A DNA stretch of 64,000 nt, taken from sequence record NZ_CP029448.1; one strand, 5' to 3'. This stretch comes from a plasmid. The notes below the pieces were generated by a model. That model was not told the DNA's origin and did not search any database. It was given only the letters and a program-made list of their open reading frames with translations. The stretch's first letter is position 1. Each line of letters starts with the position of its first letter. Shown here in pieces: positions 19,525 through 32,114 of the stretch. The position numbers were made by a program, and so were the translations under genes.

Positions 19525-21996
19525 TTATTTCCCGAGCCTGACACTTTTCAGACGCAACGCATTCACAATGACGCTGACGGAGGAAAGAGCCATGGCCGCC
19601 GCCGCAATAACTGGCGACAGCAGTATTCCATACACAGGATAAAGCAGACCTGCAGCCACAGGCACGCCAAGTGCGTTGTAGATAAATGCAAAAAACAGAT
19701 TCTGTCGGATATTTTTCATGGTGATTTCTGACAGATGACGGGCCCTGTTCAGTATCATCAAGTCGCCTTTGAGAAGGGTGACTCCGGCACTTTCAATTGC
19801 CACATCTGTACCCGTTCCCATGGCTATACCCACGTCAGCCGCTGCCAGCGCCGGGGCATCATTCACACCGTCTCCGGCCATCGCAACCACATGGCCAGAC
19901 GCTTTCAGTCGGGTTATCACTGCTTTTTTGCCATCCGGCAGAATCCCGGCTTCAACCTCATCTATTCCCAGTTTCCGTGCGACTGCTTCAGCGGTAAGCT
20001 GGTTATCCCCGGTGAGCATAACGATGCGGATCCCCGCCTGACGCAAAGCTTTAAGCGCATCCGGCGTGGTTGCTTTCACGGGATCCGAGATAGCTATCAG
20101 GCCTGCAAGGTGCCCGTCTGTGGCCACATAGATAACGGTAGCACCTTCCATCCGCAACGTATCCGCAACGGCCTTTTGATTATCAATAACGATACTGTTT
20201 TCCTGCATAGCCAGTTCATTACCAATAACAACCCGTTGACCTTCGACATCGCCTGAGACACCTTTACCCGACGGCGCATTGAAATGAGTGACTGCGGGTA
20301 TTGCGATCCCCTTTTCCTGTGCTGCTTTAACTACTGCCATACCCAGCGGATGCTGCGAGCCTTTTTCCACTGCGGCCGTTACACGCAAAAGAGATGTTTC
20401 CCCACCCGGATTGAGACTGATAATCCCTGTCACCGTCGGCGAACCTTCCGTGAGCGTGCCTGTTTTGTCGACAACCAGCGTGTCCACTTTTTCAAGACGC
20501 TCAAGGGCTTCGGCATTCTTAATTAACACCCCGGCCTGGGCTCCTTTGCCCACCCCCACCATTATCGACATCGGCGTGGCCAGCCCCAGCGCGCAGGGAC
20601 AGGCAATAATCAGGACCGACACAGCCGCAATGAGACCGTGCGCCATCCTGGGCTCGGGCCCCCAGACAGACCAGATCATGAAAGCAACAACCGCGATAAG
20701 TATCACCAGAGGAACAAACCAGCCTGAAACGCTGTCAGCCATTCTCTGGATGGGGGCCCGCGAACGCTGTGCATCAGCGACCATCTGAACAATTCGTGAG
20801 AGCATCGTTTCATCACCGACTTTCTCTGCACGGATGATAAGACTACCTGTCTGATTAATCGTCCCCCCAATGACGGGTTCACCCTCCGTTTTGGTAACCG
20901 GCATAGACTCCCCGGTCACCATCGATTCATCCACGGTTGTTTTGCCTTCGACCACGATACCGTCGACCGGAATACTCTCTCCAGGTCTGATGCGGAGCTT
21001 ATCGCCAGGCAGGACATCTTCCGCATTAATATCCGTTTCATGACCGTCATGATCCAGCCGCCTGGCGGTTTTGGGGGCAAGGTTCAGAAGTGCAGTAATG
21101 GCACCTGAGGTTTGTTCCCTTGCCCGCAATTCAAGGACCTGTCCCAGCAGAACAAGCACCGTAATAACAGCTGCGGCTTCAAAATAAATGGCCACCAGGC
21201 CATCCATGTTTCTGAACGATGCAGGAAACCAGGAGGGGAAGACGGTTGCAATGACGCTGTAAACCCAGGCTACGCCGGTCCCCATTGCAACAAGGGTAAA
21301 CATATTCAGGGAGCGGTTACGTAACGACATTCCGGCCCGGGCGAAGAATGGCCAGCCACACCACAAAACGACAGGAGAGGCCAGAAGTAACTGCAGCCAT
21401 GTGTTGTACTGTGGCGGTACTGTATTCCTCAAAGCGGGAAACAGATGAGAACCCATTTCGAGTATCAGAACCGGAAACGCCAGCAACAACCCCAGCCAGA
21501 AGCGTCTTGTCATGTCGCGAAGTTCATCACTCGTCCCCGTGGATGCCGTAGCTACGAGCGGCTCCAGTGCCATTCCACAGACAGGACAGCTTCCGGGACC
21601 ACTACGGCGTATCTCCGGATGCATCGGACATGTCCACACACCTTCAGAAATCTCTTTCTCCGCCTGGCGGTGAGACTGTTTTATCTTATCAGGGCTGACT
21701 TCATGGTGGTCGTGGTGATGGTGATGTTCACTGGCATCTTCGGTAAAATAATGATCGGGATGGGCTTTAAATTTGCTCTCACAGCTGGCGGAGCAGAAAT
21801 AAAGCTGATGGTCCTGGTATCGAATGCTGCTGTGCGCCTTGTCAGGCAGGATGACCATCCCGCACACGGGATCTCTCACCTTCTGCACTACGTGACTCTC
21901 GTCCGGGGATGATGTCTGCTCAGAAGCAGTCTGGTTGTTATGTTCCACTGCATTGTCATTTTTCACAGTAACTCTCCTTATGCATATCTGAAGCAT
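19525..21996 (-). CDS. silP: P1B-type Cu+/Ag+ exporting ATPase SilP
   Basis: CPC motif, DKTGT phosphorylation site, GDGVNDAP, N-terminal His-rich and CxxC metal-binding regions. Confidence 0.9.
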   Translation of the reverse strand: MLQICIRRVTVKNDNAVEHNNQTASEQTSSPDESHVVQKVRDPVCGMVILPDKAHSSIRYQDHQLYFCSASCESKFKAHPDHYFTEDASEHHHHHDHHEVSPDKIKQSHRQAEKEISEGVWTCPMHPEIRRSGPGSCPVCGMALEPLVATASTGTSDELRDMTRRFWLGLLLAFPVLILEMGSHLFPALRNTVPPQYNTWLQLLLASPVVLWCGWPFFARAGMSLRNRSLNMFTLVAMGTGVAWVYSVIATVFPSWFPASFRNMDGLVAIYFEAAAVITVLVLLGQVLELRAREQTSGAITALLNLAPKTARRLDHDGHETDINAEDVLPGDKLRIRPGESIPVDGIVVEGKTTVDESMVTGESMPVTKTEGEPVIGGTINQTGSLIIRAEKVGDETMLSRIVQMVADAQRSRAPIQRMADSVSGWFVPLVILIAVVAFMIWSVWGPEPRMAHGLIAAVSVLIIACPCALGLATPMSIMVGVGKGAQAGVLIKNAEALERLEKVDTLVVDKTGTLTEGSPTVTGIISLNPGGETSLLRVTAAVEKGSQHPLGMAVVKAAQEKGIAIPAVTHFNAPSGKGVSGDVEGQRVVIGNELAMQENSIVIDNQKAVADTLRMEGATVIYVATDGHLAGLIAISDPVKATTPDALKALRQAGIRIVMLTGDNQLTAEAVARKLGIDEVEAGILPDGKKAVITRLKASGHVVAMAGDGVNDAPALAAADVGIAMGTGTDVAIESAGVTLLKGDLMILNRARHLSEITMKNIRQNLFFAFIYNALGVPVAAGLLYPVYGILLSPVIAAAAMALSSVSVIVNALRLKSVRLGK

Positions 21997-22093
21997 TTTC
22001 TGTCTTCAGGATATGTCATGGATGCGATTACCACGAATGCCGCCGGCATAAGAGTGCCTGCTGCCGGCGTCCCGTTATCAGCCGTTCCGCTGA

Positions 22094-22534
22094 CTATTCG
22101 ATTCGCTGGAAGACTTTTTTACTGCCCTCCGGTGAGAATGCGATAACATCGTAAGCCTCTTTTCGGGCCCCCATCTCCATTCCCGGACTTCCTGCTGGCA
22201 TACCGGGGGTGGCGAGACCGTATATACCCGAACCAGACTGCATGGCCTTATGTATCGTTGCCGCAGGCACATGGCCTTCAATGATCAAATTACCTACAAC
22301 CGCGGTATGACAACTTCGTAGTCCAGCAGGAACAGCATGCTTTTCTTTCAGGGCTGACAGCGCCTGATCATTCATGACGTGAGTTCGCACTTCGAACCCG
22401 TCTTTTTCCATCGCTTTGCCCCACAGGGAACAACAGCCACAGTTTTCAGATTTGTACATATCAATGACTTTTTCACTCGCCATTGCAGGCAGTGACAGGC
22501 CGAGAGCCAGGGCCACCAGGACCACTTTTTTCAT
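22094..22534 (-). CDS. DUF411 (CopG-like) periplasmic protein, 'ORF105/silG'
   Basis: signal peptide plus 'CGCCSLW' cysteine motif. Confidence 0.7.
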   Translation of the reverse strand: MKKVVLVALALGLSLPAMASEKVIDMYKSENCGCCSLWGKAMEKDGFEVRTHVMNDQALSALKEKHAVPAGLRSCHTAVVGNLIIEGHVPAATIHKAMQSGSGIYGLATPGMPAGSPGMEMGARKEAYDVIAFSPEGSKKVFQRIE

Positions 22535-22620
22535 ACTCACCTCTGTATATTATCGATATAAACCCTGACGTCAGGGTGAATCAGTGCAGAAGGACGCCCA
22601 CTGGGGGCGCCCTTTCAGGG

Positions 22621-25600
22621 TTATGACACGCTTTTTTTATGTCTGCGCAGCCAGATTAATTTGTAGGCGGCAGGAATAATGAACAGGGACAGCAGCGGAG
22701 CCGTGATCATCCCACCAATCATTGGCGCAGCAATACGGCTCATGACTTCTGAACCTGCGCCGGTTCCCCAGAGTATTGGCAGCAGACCCGCAATGATCAC
22801 CGCCACGGTCATGGCTTTCGGCCGGACACGCAGTACGGCACCATGATAGAGGGCTTCATCAAGACCTTCCGGTGTGAACGTCTCTTTACGGGACAATTCC
22901 GGGTGCGCTTCAATGGCATGACGCAGATACATCAGCATGACCACGCCAAACTCTGCTGCCACCCCGGCCAGGGCGATAAACCCGGTTCCGGTCGCCACTG
23001 ACATATGGAAGCCCTGCCAGTACAGGAACCATATTCCGCCAACCAGGGCGAACGGCAGGCTCATCAGGATCAGCAGGGCTTCGTCAACCCGGCGGAATGC
23101 CAGATACAACAGGATGAAAATGATCATCACCGTCATCGGCACCATCAGCTTCAGTTTCTTGTTGGCATGCTCAAGCAGTTCAAACTGTCCGGAGAATGCC
23201 ACACTGGTTCCCGGTCTCAGTTTCACTTTCTCGCTGATGGCCGTCTTAATGTCGTTAACCACCGACACCATGTCCCTGCCGCGGGCATCAACATAAATCC
23301 AGCTGGCTGGCCGGGCATTTTCGGTTTTCAGCATGGTTGGTCCAGAAACGACGTTAATATCCGCGACATCGCCCAGCGTGATCTGCTGCTTCATCGGGGT
23401 CAGGATCGGCATCTGTTTCAGCGCCTGCGGACTGTTCCGGTAATCCTGCGGGTAGCGAATGTTAATAGGGTACCGGGCCACCCCTTCAACCGTCTCACCC
23501 ACCATAGCTCCTCCGATTGCTGAAGAGACGAACAGCTGGACATCACCTACCGTCATCCCGTAGCGGGAGGCTTTCTCCCGGTTGATATCGATATCGATGT
23601 AGCGCCCGCCCTCAAGTCGCTCAGCCAGGACAGACACCACGCCAGGCACGGTTTTGGCTACCGCCTCGATACTCTGCGCCGTCGCGTCGATATCGGACAG
23701 AACAGTCCCGGACACTTTGATACCTATCGGGCTTTTGATCCCGGTTGAGAGCATATCAATACGGTTACGGATAGGCGGCACCCAGAGGTTTGCCAGACCC
23801 GGTAAACGGACTGTCCTGTCGAGTTCATCAATAATCTTGTCAATTGTCATGCCGGGACGCCACTGATCCTCAGGTTTGAGCTGGATCGTGGTTTCCACCA
23901 TTTCGAGCGGCGCGGAATCCGTTGCGGTCTCTGCTTTACCGGTCTTGCCAAATACAGAAGCCACTTCAGGAACGCTTTTGATTAACTTGTCTGTTGTCTG
24001 CAGGAGCGCTGCAGCTTCTGCCGGAGAGACGCCAGGCAAGGTCGACGGCATATACAGCAGATCGCCCTCGTTAATCTTCGGCAGAAATTCACCGCCCACC
24101 TGACTCAGTGGCCAGATAACCGTGAAAATGGACAAGGCCGCAACCAGCAGGGTTGTTTTTGGCCAGTGGAGGACCCGCAGCAGCAAAGGATGATACGCTT
24201 TGATCAGCACCCGGTTCAGGGGGTTACTTGTCTCGGCAGGAATTTTCCCCCGGATCCAGAATCCCATCAGAATAGGAATGACGATGATGGCCAGTGCGGC
24301 CGCTCCCGCCATGGAGTACGTTTTCGTGAATGCCAGCGGGCCAAACAGACGTCCTTCCTGACCTTCCAGGGTAAAGATAGGAATAAAGGACAGGGTGATG
24401 ATCAGCAGGCTGATAAACAGTGCGGGTCCCACTTCAACGGAGGCATCGGTAATCACCTTCCAGCGGGTGGCGTTGTCAATCTGCTCACCCGGATGCTGAT
24501 GATCCCACTCCTCAAGCCGCTTATGCGCATTCTCAATCATCACAATGGCGGCATCCACCATCGCACCGACGGCAATCGCTATCCCTCCCAGCGACATGAT
24601 ATTGGCGTTCAGTCCCTGGAAGTGCATGACGATAAAGGCGATACACAGACCAAGCGGCAGAGAGATAATCGCCACCAGGGCAGAACGTACGTGCCACAGG
24701 AACAGGGCACAGACGATGGCCACCACGATAAACTCTTCCAGAAGTTTGGAACTGAGGTTATCAATCGCCCGGTCGATGAGCTGGCTGCGATCGTAGGTGG
24801 TCACGATTTCAACGCCTTCCGGCAGGCTGGCCTTCAGCGTCTCAAGTTTATCCCTCACTGCCGTGATAACGTCGCGTGCATTTTTACCCGACCGCAGGAT
24901 CACCACGCCGCCAGCGACTTCGCCCTGGCCGTTCAGCTCGGCAATACCACGCCGCATTTCAGGCCCGGTCTGCACGCGGGCAACATCCCGCAGATAAACC
25001 GGCACGCCGTTCTCGCCTGTTTTCAGGACGATGTTATTAAAATCATCAATGCTCTGAAGATAACCGCTGGCACGGACCATATACTCAGCTTCGGCCATTT
25101 CAACGGATGAGCCACCGGCCTCCTGGTTAGACGATTCAAGGGCCTGTTTCACTTCGGGCAGGCTGATACCATACTGAGACAGTTTTACCGGATTGACCTG
25201 AATCTGGTACTGTTTCACCACGCCGCCAACCGAAGCGACCTCAGCCACGTTCGGGATGGTTTTCAGCTCAAATTTCAGGAACCAGTCCTGCAGAGAACGC
25301 AGTTCTGAAAGGTCGTGTTTTCCGCTGCGATCGACAAGGGCATATTCAAAAATCCAGCCCACACCCGTGGCATCCGGACCGATTTCAGAACTCACCCCGG
25401 CGGGCAGTTTTCCCTGAACCTGATTCAGATATTCCAGCACGCGGGAACGGGCCCAGTACAGATCGGTGCCGTCTTCAAAAATGACATATACATACGAATC
25501 ACCGAACTGTGAAAAACCACGCACAGTTTTTGCGCCAGGTACGGAGAGCATGGTGGTGGTAAGTGGATAGGTGACCTGGTTTTCTACAATCTGCGGGGCC

Positions 25601-25767
25601 TGGCCGGGATAGCTGGTTTTAATAATGACCTGCACATCTGACAGGTCAGGCAAGGCATCGACCGGCGTGTTAATAATCGTCCATGTACCCCAGATGCTGA
25701 GAAACAGGGCCCCCATCATGACCAGGAAACGGTTGGCGACAGAGCGCCGGATAATCCATTCAATCAT
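22621..25767 (-). CDS. silA: RND heavy-metal efflux pump SilA (CusA family)
   Basis: 1048 aa, 12 TM segments; HME-RND organisation. Confidence 0.95.
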   Translation of the reverse strand: MIEWIIRRSVANRFLVMMGALFLSIWGTWTIINTPVDALPDLSDVQVIIKTSYPGQAPQIVENQVTYPLTTTMLSVPGAKTVRGFSQFGDSYVYVIFEDGTDLYWARSRVLEYLNQVQGKLPAGVSSEIGPDATGVGWIFEYALVDRSGKHDLSELRSLQDWFLKFELKTIPNVAEVASVGGVVKQYQIQVNPVKLSQYGISLPEVKQALESSNQEAGGSSVEMAEAEYMVRASGYLQSIDDFNNIVLKTGENGVPVYLRDVARVQTGPEMRRGIAELNGQGEVAGGVVILRSGKNARDVITAVRDKLETLKASLPEGVEIVTTYDRSQLIDRAIDNLSSKLLEEFIVVAIVCALFLWHVRSALVAIISLPLGLCIAFIVMHFQGLNANIMSLGGIAIAVGAMVDAAIVMIENAHKRLEEWDHQHPGEQIDNATRWKVITDASVEVGPALFISLLIITLSFIPIFTLEGQEGRLFGPLAFTKTYSMAGAAALAIIVIPILMGFWIRGKIPAETSNPLNRVLIKAYHPLLLRVLHWPKTTLLVAALSIFTVIWPLSQVGGEFLPKINEGDLLYMPSTLPGVSPAEAAALLQTTDKLIKSVPEVASVFGKTGKAETATDSAPLEMVETTIQLKPEDQWRPGMTIDKIIDELDRTVRLPGLANLWVPPIRNRIDMLSTGIKSPIGIKVSGTVLSDIDATAQSIEAVAKTVPGVVSVLAERLEGGRYIDIDINREKASRYGMTVGDVQLFVSSAIGGAMVGETVEGVARYPINIRYPQDYRNSPQALKQMPILTPMKQQITLGDVADINVVSGPTMLKTENARPASWIYVDARGRDMVSVVNDIKTAISEKVKLRPGTSVAFSGQFELLEHANKKLKLMVPMTVMIIFILLYLAFRRVDEALLILMSLPFALVGGIWFLYWQGFHMSVATGTGFIALAGVAAEFGVVMLMYLRHAIEAHPELSRKETFTPEGLDEALYHGAVLRVRPKAMTVAVIIAGLLPILWGTGAGSEVMSRIAAPMIGGMITAPLLSLFIIPAAYKLIWLRRHKKSVS

Positions 25768-25777
25768 CGTCGTCTCC

Positions 25778-27070
25778 TCAGTGCCCTGAATGCATATTTA
25801 CAGGCTGGTCAGACATTGCTGGCATACTGCTTTCTGTTTTTTCAGGATGGCGCATACGTTCCAGCGCGCCCGTAATATTGGCTTCGGAGTCAATGAGGAA
25901 CAGACCACTGACCACCACGGTATCGCCTTCATTCAGGCCGGAGCCGATGCCGGACTGTTGTTGTGATTCATGCAGAACGTGGATCTGTTTCGGCACAAAC
26001 TTGCCTTCATCATCAACAGTAATCACGCGCTGTTCTTTGCCGGTATCGATAACGGCCTGGCTTGGTATCAGCAGCATCTCCTGGCTCTTGGTATTGAGTT
26101 TCAGATAGGCATTCATGCCCGGCTTGAGAAACTCATCCTTATTAGAAACCTGGAGACGGACCTGAAGCGTACGGGTTGTCTGATCCACGCTGGGAAGAAT
26201 GTTCCATTTTTCGACATGGAATGTTTTATCCGGATAAGCCGGTACCGAAATTTCAAACTGCGACGTATCTTTCAGCAGATAGGCGATAGATTCCGGCACT
26301 GCAGCGCTGATCCAGACCGGGTCCATCCCCTGAATCTGAGCCACCACCTTATCTTTCGAAATATTCATGCCGGTGCGCAGGTCAAATGCAGTAATGACAC
26401 CATCAATAGGTGCTTTAATGGTAAAACGGGTCTGGATTGTGCGGGTTGAACGCAGTCTTTGAATATCCTCTTCCGGCATACCAGCCAGACGAAGTCGCTC
26501 CAGAACCCCTTTTATCTGGGTTGGCGTACCGCCTGTACCGGATAGCAGCAGGAACTCACTTTGTGCCTCAACCCATTCAGGAATGGTGATATCGATAAGC
26601 GGAGTGCCTTTCTTCACATGATCGCCAGTAGTCAGGGGATACACTTTTTCGACGAAACCGTCAGAGCGCGCCTGCACAATGACAAACTGATACTCGTTGT
26701 AACTGACATTAGCCGGGATTGTCTGAGAATAATTCAGCATTCCTCGCGTGACATTTTGCGTTTTTAATCCCAGATTCTGAACCTGGGTTGGATCGATACG
26801 GATCCCGCCATTGCTTTTATCGCCACTTTCATCAGCATATTTTGGCACAAGGTCCATATCCATAAAGGGAGATTTTCCGGGTTTATCAAATTTGGTATCC
26901 GGTTTCATCGGGTCATACCAGAAAAGTACCTTTTTCTCCGGTGCCTTTTGTTCTGTTTGTACTGTTTTTTGTGATGAGTTTACATACTGCCAGGCAGTAA
27001 CCGATATCAGCCCTCCTGCTATGAGGCTGCTGATAATTATTGCAGCATATTTTATCTTTAAAGAAGCCAT
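25778..27070 (-). CDS. silB: membrane fusion protein SilB (CusB family)
   Basis: 430 aa periplasmic adaptor with N-terminal anchor. Confidence 0.9.
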   Translation of the reverse strand: MASLKIKYAAIIISSLIAGGLISVTAWQYVNSSQKTVQTEQKAPEKKVLFWYDPMKPDTKFDKPGKSPFMDMDLVPKYADESGDKSNGGIRIDPTQVQNLGLKTQNVTRGMLNYSQTIPANVSYNEYQFVIVQARSDGFVEKVYPLTTGDHVKKGTPLIDITIPEWVEAQSEFLLLSGTGGTPTQIKGVLERLRLAGMPEEDIQRLRSTRTIQTRFTIKAPIDGVITAFDLRTGMNISKDKVVAQIQGMDPVWISAAVPESIAYLLKDTSQFEISVPAYPDKTFHVEKWNILPSVDQTTRTLQVRLQVSNKDEFLKPGMNAYLKLNTKSQEMLLIPSQAVIDTGKEQRVITVDDEGKFVPKQIHVLHESQQQSGIGSGLNEGDTVVVSGLFLIDSEANITGALERMRHPEKTESSMPAMSDQPVNMHSGH

Positions 27071-27183
27071 ACAATTTCTCGCTGAAAAATCAAAACACCT
27101 GGCATATGCGGCCGATCATTCATTCACAGTAATCCCTTAATGAATGTTCAGACGCACTGGATGTATTCGCTCCGGACAGTCAA

Positions 27184-27537
27184 TCAGGATTGCGTAACGT
27201 TAATGCTTTTGAGTAAGGAGATATTGCCCTGCTGAATAAACGAGAAATCGACATGGTTGCCGGTTTTCAGGGCATTGATAGCGTCGTCTGCATTAACAAA
27301 AGTGAAGCGCATGGTCATTGCAGGCCAGCCCACCGCAGGGATTGCTTCGTGCGAAATGGTGATCTTTTTACTATTTATATCAATTTCTTTAACGACACCG
27401 GTGCCCTTGATAACCTGCTGTACCGAAGCATCACTGGCAGTATTCATATCGCCATGCTGATGTGTTTCAGCATGAAGACCGGCAGAAAACATGACAGAGA
27501 AGGCACCAAATAAAACAGCTTTAAGTGAATTACGCAT
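27184..27537 (-). CDS. silF: periplasmic metallochaperone SilF (CusF family)
   Basis: 117 aa, signal peptide, CusF-type H..M..M binding-site residues. Confidence 0.85.
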   Translation of the reverse strand: MRNSLKAVLFGAFSVMFSAGLHAETHQHGDMNTASDASVQQVIKGTGVVKEIDINSKKITISHEAIPAVGWPAMTMRFTFVNADDAINALKTGNHVDFSFIQQGNISLLKSINVTQS

Positions 27538-27565
27538 TTTTAATTTCCTGATTAATTAAATAAAT

Positions 27566-28951
27566 TTATTCTACCCAACCGCCACCCAGCGCAGTAAACA
27601 GATTAATTTCGTTAACCTGTCGGGAATAGGTAAGATCGAGAATGGTTTGCTGCGTAGCGAAGAGGGAACGTTCTGCATCCAGCACTTCGATGTAACTGAC
27701 AGCACCACTTGCATACAATCCTCTGGCTCGCTGGAGAGTTATCTGAAGTGAATCAAGATAACGCTGCTGTGACTCAAGTTGCTGGCTAAGGCTGTCGCGC
27801 AGCGCAAGCGTGTCGGAAACATCCTTAAAGGCTGACTGAATTTTTTGTTCGTAATTAACCACCGACTGTTGCTGGCGAATTTCAGCCAGCTTCAGATTGG
27901 CTTTATTCCTGCCAGCATTAAATATAGGAATTTCAATTTTAGGGATAAAATTCCACATTCCACTTCCTGACGTAAACAGGCTGGACAGCTCCGTACTGCT
28001 TGCGGAAAGGCCACTGGTCAGGGTAATGGACGGGAAAAAGGCCGCCCGCGCTGCGCCAATATTCGCATCAGCCGCTTTCAGCTGGTATTCCGCCTCCATA
28101 ATATCCGGTCGCTGCAGCAAAATTTGTGACGACAGGTTTGATGGCAGTTTAACTGGCGCGATCTCACCGCCTTTCATCCCTTTTTCTGGCGGCAGTGCAC
28201 GGTACGTTCCCAGCACCAGTTGCAGGGCATTGTTTGCCTGAGCCAGATCGCCTTCTCGTTTGGCTATCTCAGCGCGGGTACTTTCGATTTGTCCCCTGGC
28301 CTGTTCAAGCGCCAGCACATTCGTACTCCCGGTCACGAGCTGTTGCTCAACGAAAGCATAGGACTGTTCGTAATTTTTCAGCGTTTCCCGCGCGATACGG
28401 AGTTGTTCATACGCCAGTTGCTGGCTGAAATAGCTTTGTGAAACGCTGGAGACCAGCAGGATATGTACAGCCCGACGGGCTTCTTCGCTGGCAAAGTAGT
28501 TCTGGCGATCAGCGTCACTCATGTTCTTGAGCTTGCCGAAAAAATCGAGCTCATAGCGGAGTTCCAGACCCGCGTCGTACTCCTGTGTGGTCGGCTTGTC
28601 GCCTTTCAGACCACCGCTGTAGGTGATCCCGGATGAGGCATTCAGCTGGGGATAACGATCTGCATCCGTGACGTTGAACTGGGCCCGGGCCTCTTCAACC
28701 TTCAGGGCAGCCATTCTCAAATTACGGTTATTAGCAAGGGCTTCCCCGATCAGCCGGGTAACCTGGGGATCGACAAAAAAGTTACGCCAGCCCGTATCCT
28801 GATAACCATTCACTGCTGGCGTCAGGCTGTTTCGGGACAGTGAAAACTGCTGGGGTACCGGTGCTGCCGGGCGCTGATATTCAGGTGCCAGAGAGACACA
28901 ACCAGCCAGGATGAATATCGTGCTGATGCTGAGTAATTTTAATTTGAACAT
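27566..28951 (-). CDS. silC: outer-membrane factor SilC (CusC family)
   Basis: lipoprotein signal 'LAGC'; ORF extends to 29107 but internal start at 28951 gives the expected roughly 461 aa. Confidence 0.9.
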   Translation of the reverse strand: MFKLKLLSISTIFILAGCVSLAPEYQRPAAPVPQQFSLSRNSLTPAVNGYQDTGWRNFFVDPQVTRLIGEALANNRNLRMAALKVEEARAQFNVTDADRYPQLNASSGITYSGGLKGDKPTTQEYDAGLELRYELDFFGKLKNMSDADRQNYFASEEARRAVHILLVSSVSQSYFSQQLAYEQLRIARETLKNYEQSYAFVEQQLVTGSTNVLALEQARGQIESTRAEIAKREGDLAQANNALQLVLGTYRALPPEKGMKGGEIAPVKLPSNLSSQILLQRPDIMEAEYQLKAADANIGAARAAFFPSITLTSGLSASSTELSSLFTSGSGMWNFIPKIEIPIFNAGRNKANLKLAEIRQQQSVVNYEQKIQSAFKDVSDTLALRDSLSQQLESQQRYLDSLQITLQRARGLYASGAVSYIEVLDAERSLFATQQTILDLTYSRQVNEINLFTALGGGWVE

Positions 28952-29051
28952 AACGCTTCTCGTCCAGGCAGACCTGGTAAATGGTTCAAATGAAGTCCAG
29001 AGTATTGATAGGGATACTTTACCGAACGCTCTCTGTTTGCCGGGTGACAGG

Positions 29052-29073
29052 ATAATGACAATGTTGTCATTAT
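29052..29073. promoter_or_regulatory. CusR/SilR box ATAATGACAATGTTGTCATTAT in the silC / silRS divergent promoter
   Basis: TGACAA-N2-TTGTCA perfect palindrome. Confidence 0.65.
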
Positions 29074-29140
29074 TGCTGTAATCCGTTGATAACGATCGTG
29101 AGCGCAATAGAATGACCGTAGCAGCCGACCGGGGAGCAAG

Positions 29141-29821
29141 ATGAAAATATTGATCGTCGAAGACGAAATTAAAACAGGTGAATATCTCAGCAAGGGACTG
29201 TCAGAGGCAGGGTTCGTGGTGGATCACGCCGATAATGGTCTTAGCGGATACCATCTCGCCATGACTGCCGAGTATGATTTAATCATTCTGGACATCATGC
29301 TGCCTGATGTGAACGGCTGGGACATCATCCGTATGCTGCGCTCGGCCGGAAAGGGGATGCCGGTCTTGCTGCTGACGGCCCTTGGCACGATTGAACACCG
29401 GGTCAAAGGACTGGAACTGGGAGCGGACGATTATCTGGTTAAACCCTTCGCGTTTGCCGAACTGCTCGCCCGGGTAAGGACCCTACTGAGGCGGGGAAAC
29501 ACGCTGATCACGGAAAGTCAGTTTAAGGTGGCTGACCTCTCGGTTGATCTCGTCTCCAGAAAAGTCAGTCGCGCCGGAAACCGCATTGTGCTCACCAGTA
29601 AAGAGTTCAGCCTGCTGGAATTTTTCATTCGCCATCAGGGTGAAGTGCTACCCCGCTCCCTGATTGCCTCTCAGGTCTGGGACATGAATTTTGACAGCGA
29701 CACTAACGCGATTGATGTCGCCGTAAAGCGACTTCGCGCGAAAATAGACAACGATTACGGGACAAAGCTGATCCAGACAGTCCGGGGCGTGGGCTACATG
29801 CTGGAGGTCCCGGATGCATAG
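29141..29821 (+). CDS. silR: response regulator SilR (CusR family)
   Basis: receiver plus OmpR winged-helix; overlaps silS start. Confidence 0.9.
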   Translation: MKILIVEDEIKTGEYLSKGLSEAGFVVDHADNGLSGYHLAMTAEYDLIILDIMLPDVNGWDIIRMLRSAGKGMPVLLLTALGTIEHRVKGLELGADDYLVKPFAFAELLARVRTLLRRGNTLITESQFKVADLSVDLVSRKVSRAGNRIVLTSKEFSLLEFFIRHQGEVLPRSLIASQVWDMNFDSDTNAIDVAVKRLRAKIDNDYGTKLIQTVRGVGYMLEVPDA

Positions 29822-31289
29822 CAAACCGTCCAGACGCCCGTTCTCGCTCGCGCTGCGGCTGACCTTTTTTATCAGCCTGTCCACGATACTGGCTTTTATC
29901 GCCTTCACCTGGTTTATGCTGCATTCGGTTGAAAATCATTTTGCCGAGCAGGATGTCAGCGATCTGCAGCAAATCAGTACCACACTGAATCGTATAATGC
30001 AGTCCCCGGCGGATCCGGATGAAAAAAAAATAAGCAAAATAAAGGAGTCGATTGCCAGCTACCGCAACGTTGCCTTTTTGCTCCTCAACCCCAGGGGGGA
30101 GGTGCTCTTCAGTTCAGCGCAGGGGGCAGCACTACGCCCGGCCGTGAATTCAGCAGATTTTAACGAGCACAGCCGCGCACGGGATGTCTTTCTCTGGACG
30201 GTGGAAGAGCCTGCGGGTCCGATGCACGCCGAATCCGGAATGAAAATGGACACCTACCGGATTATCGCCTCCTCTGGTCAGGCGATTTTTCAGGGTAAAC
30301 AGCAGAACTATGTCATGCTGACTGGCCTCTCCATAAATTTCCATCTCCACTATCTCGATGCGCTGAAAAAGAATCTGATTGCGATTGCCGTCGTGATAAG
30401 CCTGCTGATTGTTCTGATCATTCGTATCGCCGTCCGGCAGGGACATCTGCCCCTTCGTAATGTCAGCACGGCCATTAAAAACATCACTTCCGAGAATCTT
30501 GATGCGCGGCTGGAATCGACACGCGTTCCCATTGAGCTGGAGCAGCTGGTTATCTCGTTCAATCATATGATTGGAAAGATTGAGGATGTCTTTACCCGCC
30601 AGGCCAATTTCTCTGCCGATATCGCCCACGAGATCAGAACGCCCATCACCAATCTGGTGACGCAGACTGAGATCGCACTGAGTCAGGACCGGACGCAGAA
30701 GGAGCTCGAGGATGTCCTCTACTCCAGTCTTGAAGAGTATAACCGGATGACCAAAATGGTCAGCGATATGCTGTTTCTGGCCCAAGCGGACAATAACCAG
30801 CTGATACCTGACAGGGTCAGATTTGATCTCAGAGCGGAAGTCCTGAAAGTCTTCGAATTTTTCGAAGCCTGGGCCGAAGAACGCAATATCACGCTCAGGT
30901 TTAACGGGATGCCCTGTCTGGTTGAGGGCGATCCACAAATGTTCAGAAGAGCAATCAATAACCTGCTGTCCAATGCCCTGCGTTATACCCCGGAGGGACA
31001 GGCCATCACCGTCGCCATCAAAGAACAGGAAAATGTTTTTGACCTGGTGATTGAAAATCCGGGAAAACCTATCCCTGAGGAGCATTTATCAAGGCTGTTT
31101 GACCGTTTTTATCGGGTGGATCCGTCCAGGCAACGAAAAGGAGAAGGCAGCGGCATCGGTCTTGCTATCGTGAAGTCCATTGTGGAAGCACATCACGGAA
31201 GAGTAAATGTGGAATCAGACGTACGCTCCACGCGTTTTATCTTATCCGTGCCCAGACTGGAGAAAATGATCCCGGAAACCCAATGCTGA
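29814..31289 (+). CDS. silS: sensor histidine kinase SilS (CusS family)
   Basis: TM-periplasmic-TM-HAMP-HisKA('HEIRTP')-HATPase_c. Confidence 0.9.
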   Translation: MHSKPSRRPFSLALRLTFFISLSTILAFIAFTWFMLHSVENHFAEQDVSDLQQISTTLNRIMQSPADPDEKKISKIKESIASYRNVAFLLLNPRGEVLFSSAQGAALRPAVNSADFNEHSRARDVFLWTVEEPAGPMHAESGMKMDTYRIIASSGQAIFQGKQQNYVMLTGLSINFHLHYLDALKKNLIAIAVVISLLIVLIIRIAVRQGHLPLRNVSTAIKNITSENLDARLESTRVPIELEQLVISFNHMIGKIEDVFTRQANFSADIAHEIRTPITNLVTQTEIALSQDRTQKELEDVLYSSLEEYNRMTKMVSDMLFLAQADNNQLIPDRVRFDLRAEVLKVFEFFEAWAEERNITLRFNGMPCLVEGDPQMFRRAINNLLSNALRYTPEGQAITVAIKEQENVFDLVIENPGKPIPEEHLSRLFDRFYRVDPSRQRKGEGSGIGLAIVKSIVEAHHGRVNVESDVRSTRFILSVPRLEKMIPETQC

Positions 31290-31300
31290 AAATAAAGATG

Positions 31301-31320
31301 TAAATGACAAAGATGTCATT
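31301..31320. promoter_or_regulatory. cop box TAAATGACAAAGATGTCATT upstream of silE
   Basis: TGACA-N4-TGTCA palindrome. Confidence 0.6.
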
Positions 31321-31539
31321 AGCCTGTCATGCAGCAAACAGAAGCCATTCGATATAATTAGTGCAACTTATCAGGAAGGCTGGATTGCTTCATCAATACC
31401 CGGCGTCAGAGTACGCCAGGAAATGAATATCCAGCCCTCTTCCGGAGAAATAAATGCTGCCGAACTTGTTTCAGTTATGGAACTGAAAACACCGGTTGTA
31501 CTTCCCCGGACATCACTAATTCAGAAATGGAGAGTTATC

Positions 31540-31971
31540 ATGAAAAATATCGTATTAGCATCTTTGCTGGGCTTTGGTTTAATTTCATCGGCCTGGGCCA
31601 CTGAAACCGTGAATATCCATGATCGCGTCAACAATGCACAGGCTCCTGCTCACCAGATGCAGTCTGCTGCGGCTCCTGTCGGGATCCAGGGGACTGCTCC
31701 TCGTATGACCGGTATGGACCAGCATGAACAGGCCATTATTGCTCATGAAACCATGACGAACGGCTCGGCGGATGCGCACCAGAAAATGGTGGAAAGTCAT
31801 CAGAAGATGATGGGAAATAACACGGTATCCACGACCGTCCCGTCAACGTCTTACGCGGCGATGAATGAGCATGAAAGAGCAGCGGTTGCCCATGAATTCA
31901 TGAATAACGGGCAATCCGGCCCACATCAGGCCATGGCCGAAGCGCACCGCCGCATGATCAATGCAGGCTGA
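31540..31971 (+). CDS. silE: periplasmic silver/copper-binding protein SilE
   Basis: 'MKNIVLASLLGFGLISSAWA' signal peptide and SilE-type H/M-rich repeats; ORF 31423.. with internal start. Confidence 0.9.
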   Translation: MKNIVLASLLGFGLISSAWATETVNIHDRVNNAQAPAHQMQSAAAPVGIQGTAPRMTGMDQHEQAIIAHETMTNGSADAHQKMVESHQKMMGNNTVSTTVPSTSYAAMNEHERAAVAHEFMNNGQSGPHQAMAEAHRRMINAG

Positions 31972-32042
31972 ATGCGACGGTAGTATCCGTGCTGTTACCT
32001 TTTCCCTGATAGATTTTCCTGAAACAACGTTGCTACATTTTT

Positions 32043-32066
32043 GCCCCCCGTCAGGGGGCTTTTTTG
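32043..32066 (+). terminator. rho-independent terminator after silE
   Basis: gcccccc-gtca-gggggc hairpin followed by TTTTTT. Confidence 0.65.
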
Positions 32067-32114
32067 TCTGACTCAGCTACACTTAACCGGTACCTGTCTG
32101 AAAGGAATTATTAT

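Noticed and set aside
24166-25110. 314-aa plus-strand ORF (His/Gln/Arg-rich) lying entirely inside silA on the opposite strand
   Set aside because: Antisense to a well-supported 1048-aa RND pump gene; odd low-complexity composition and no independent start context. Treated as a spurious shadow ORF
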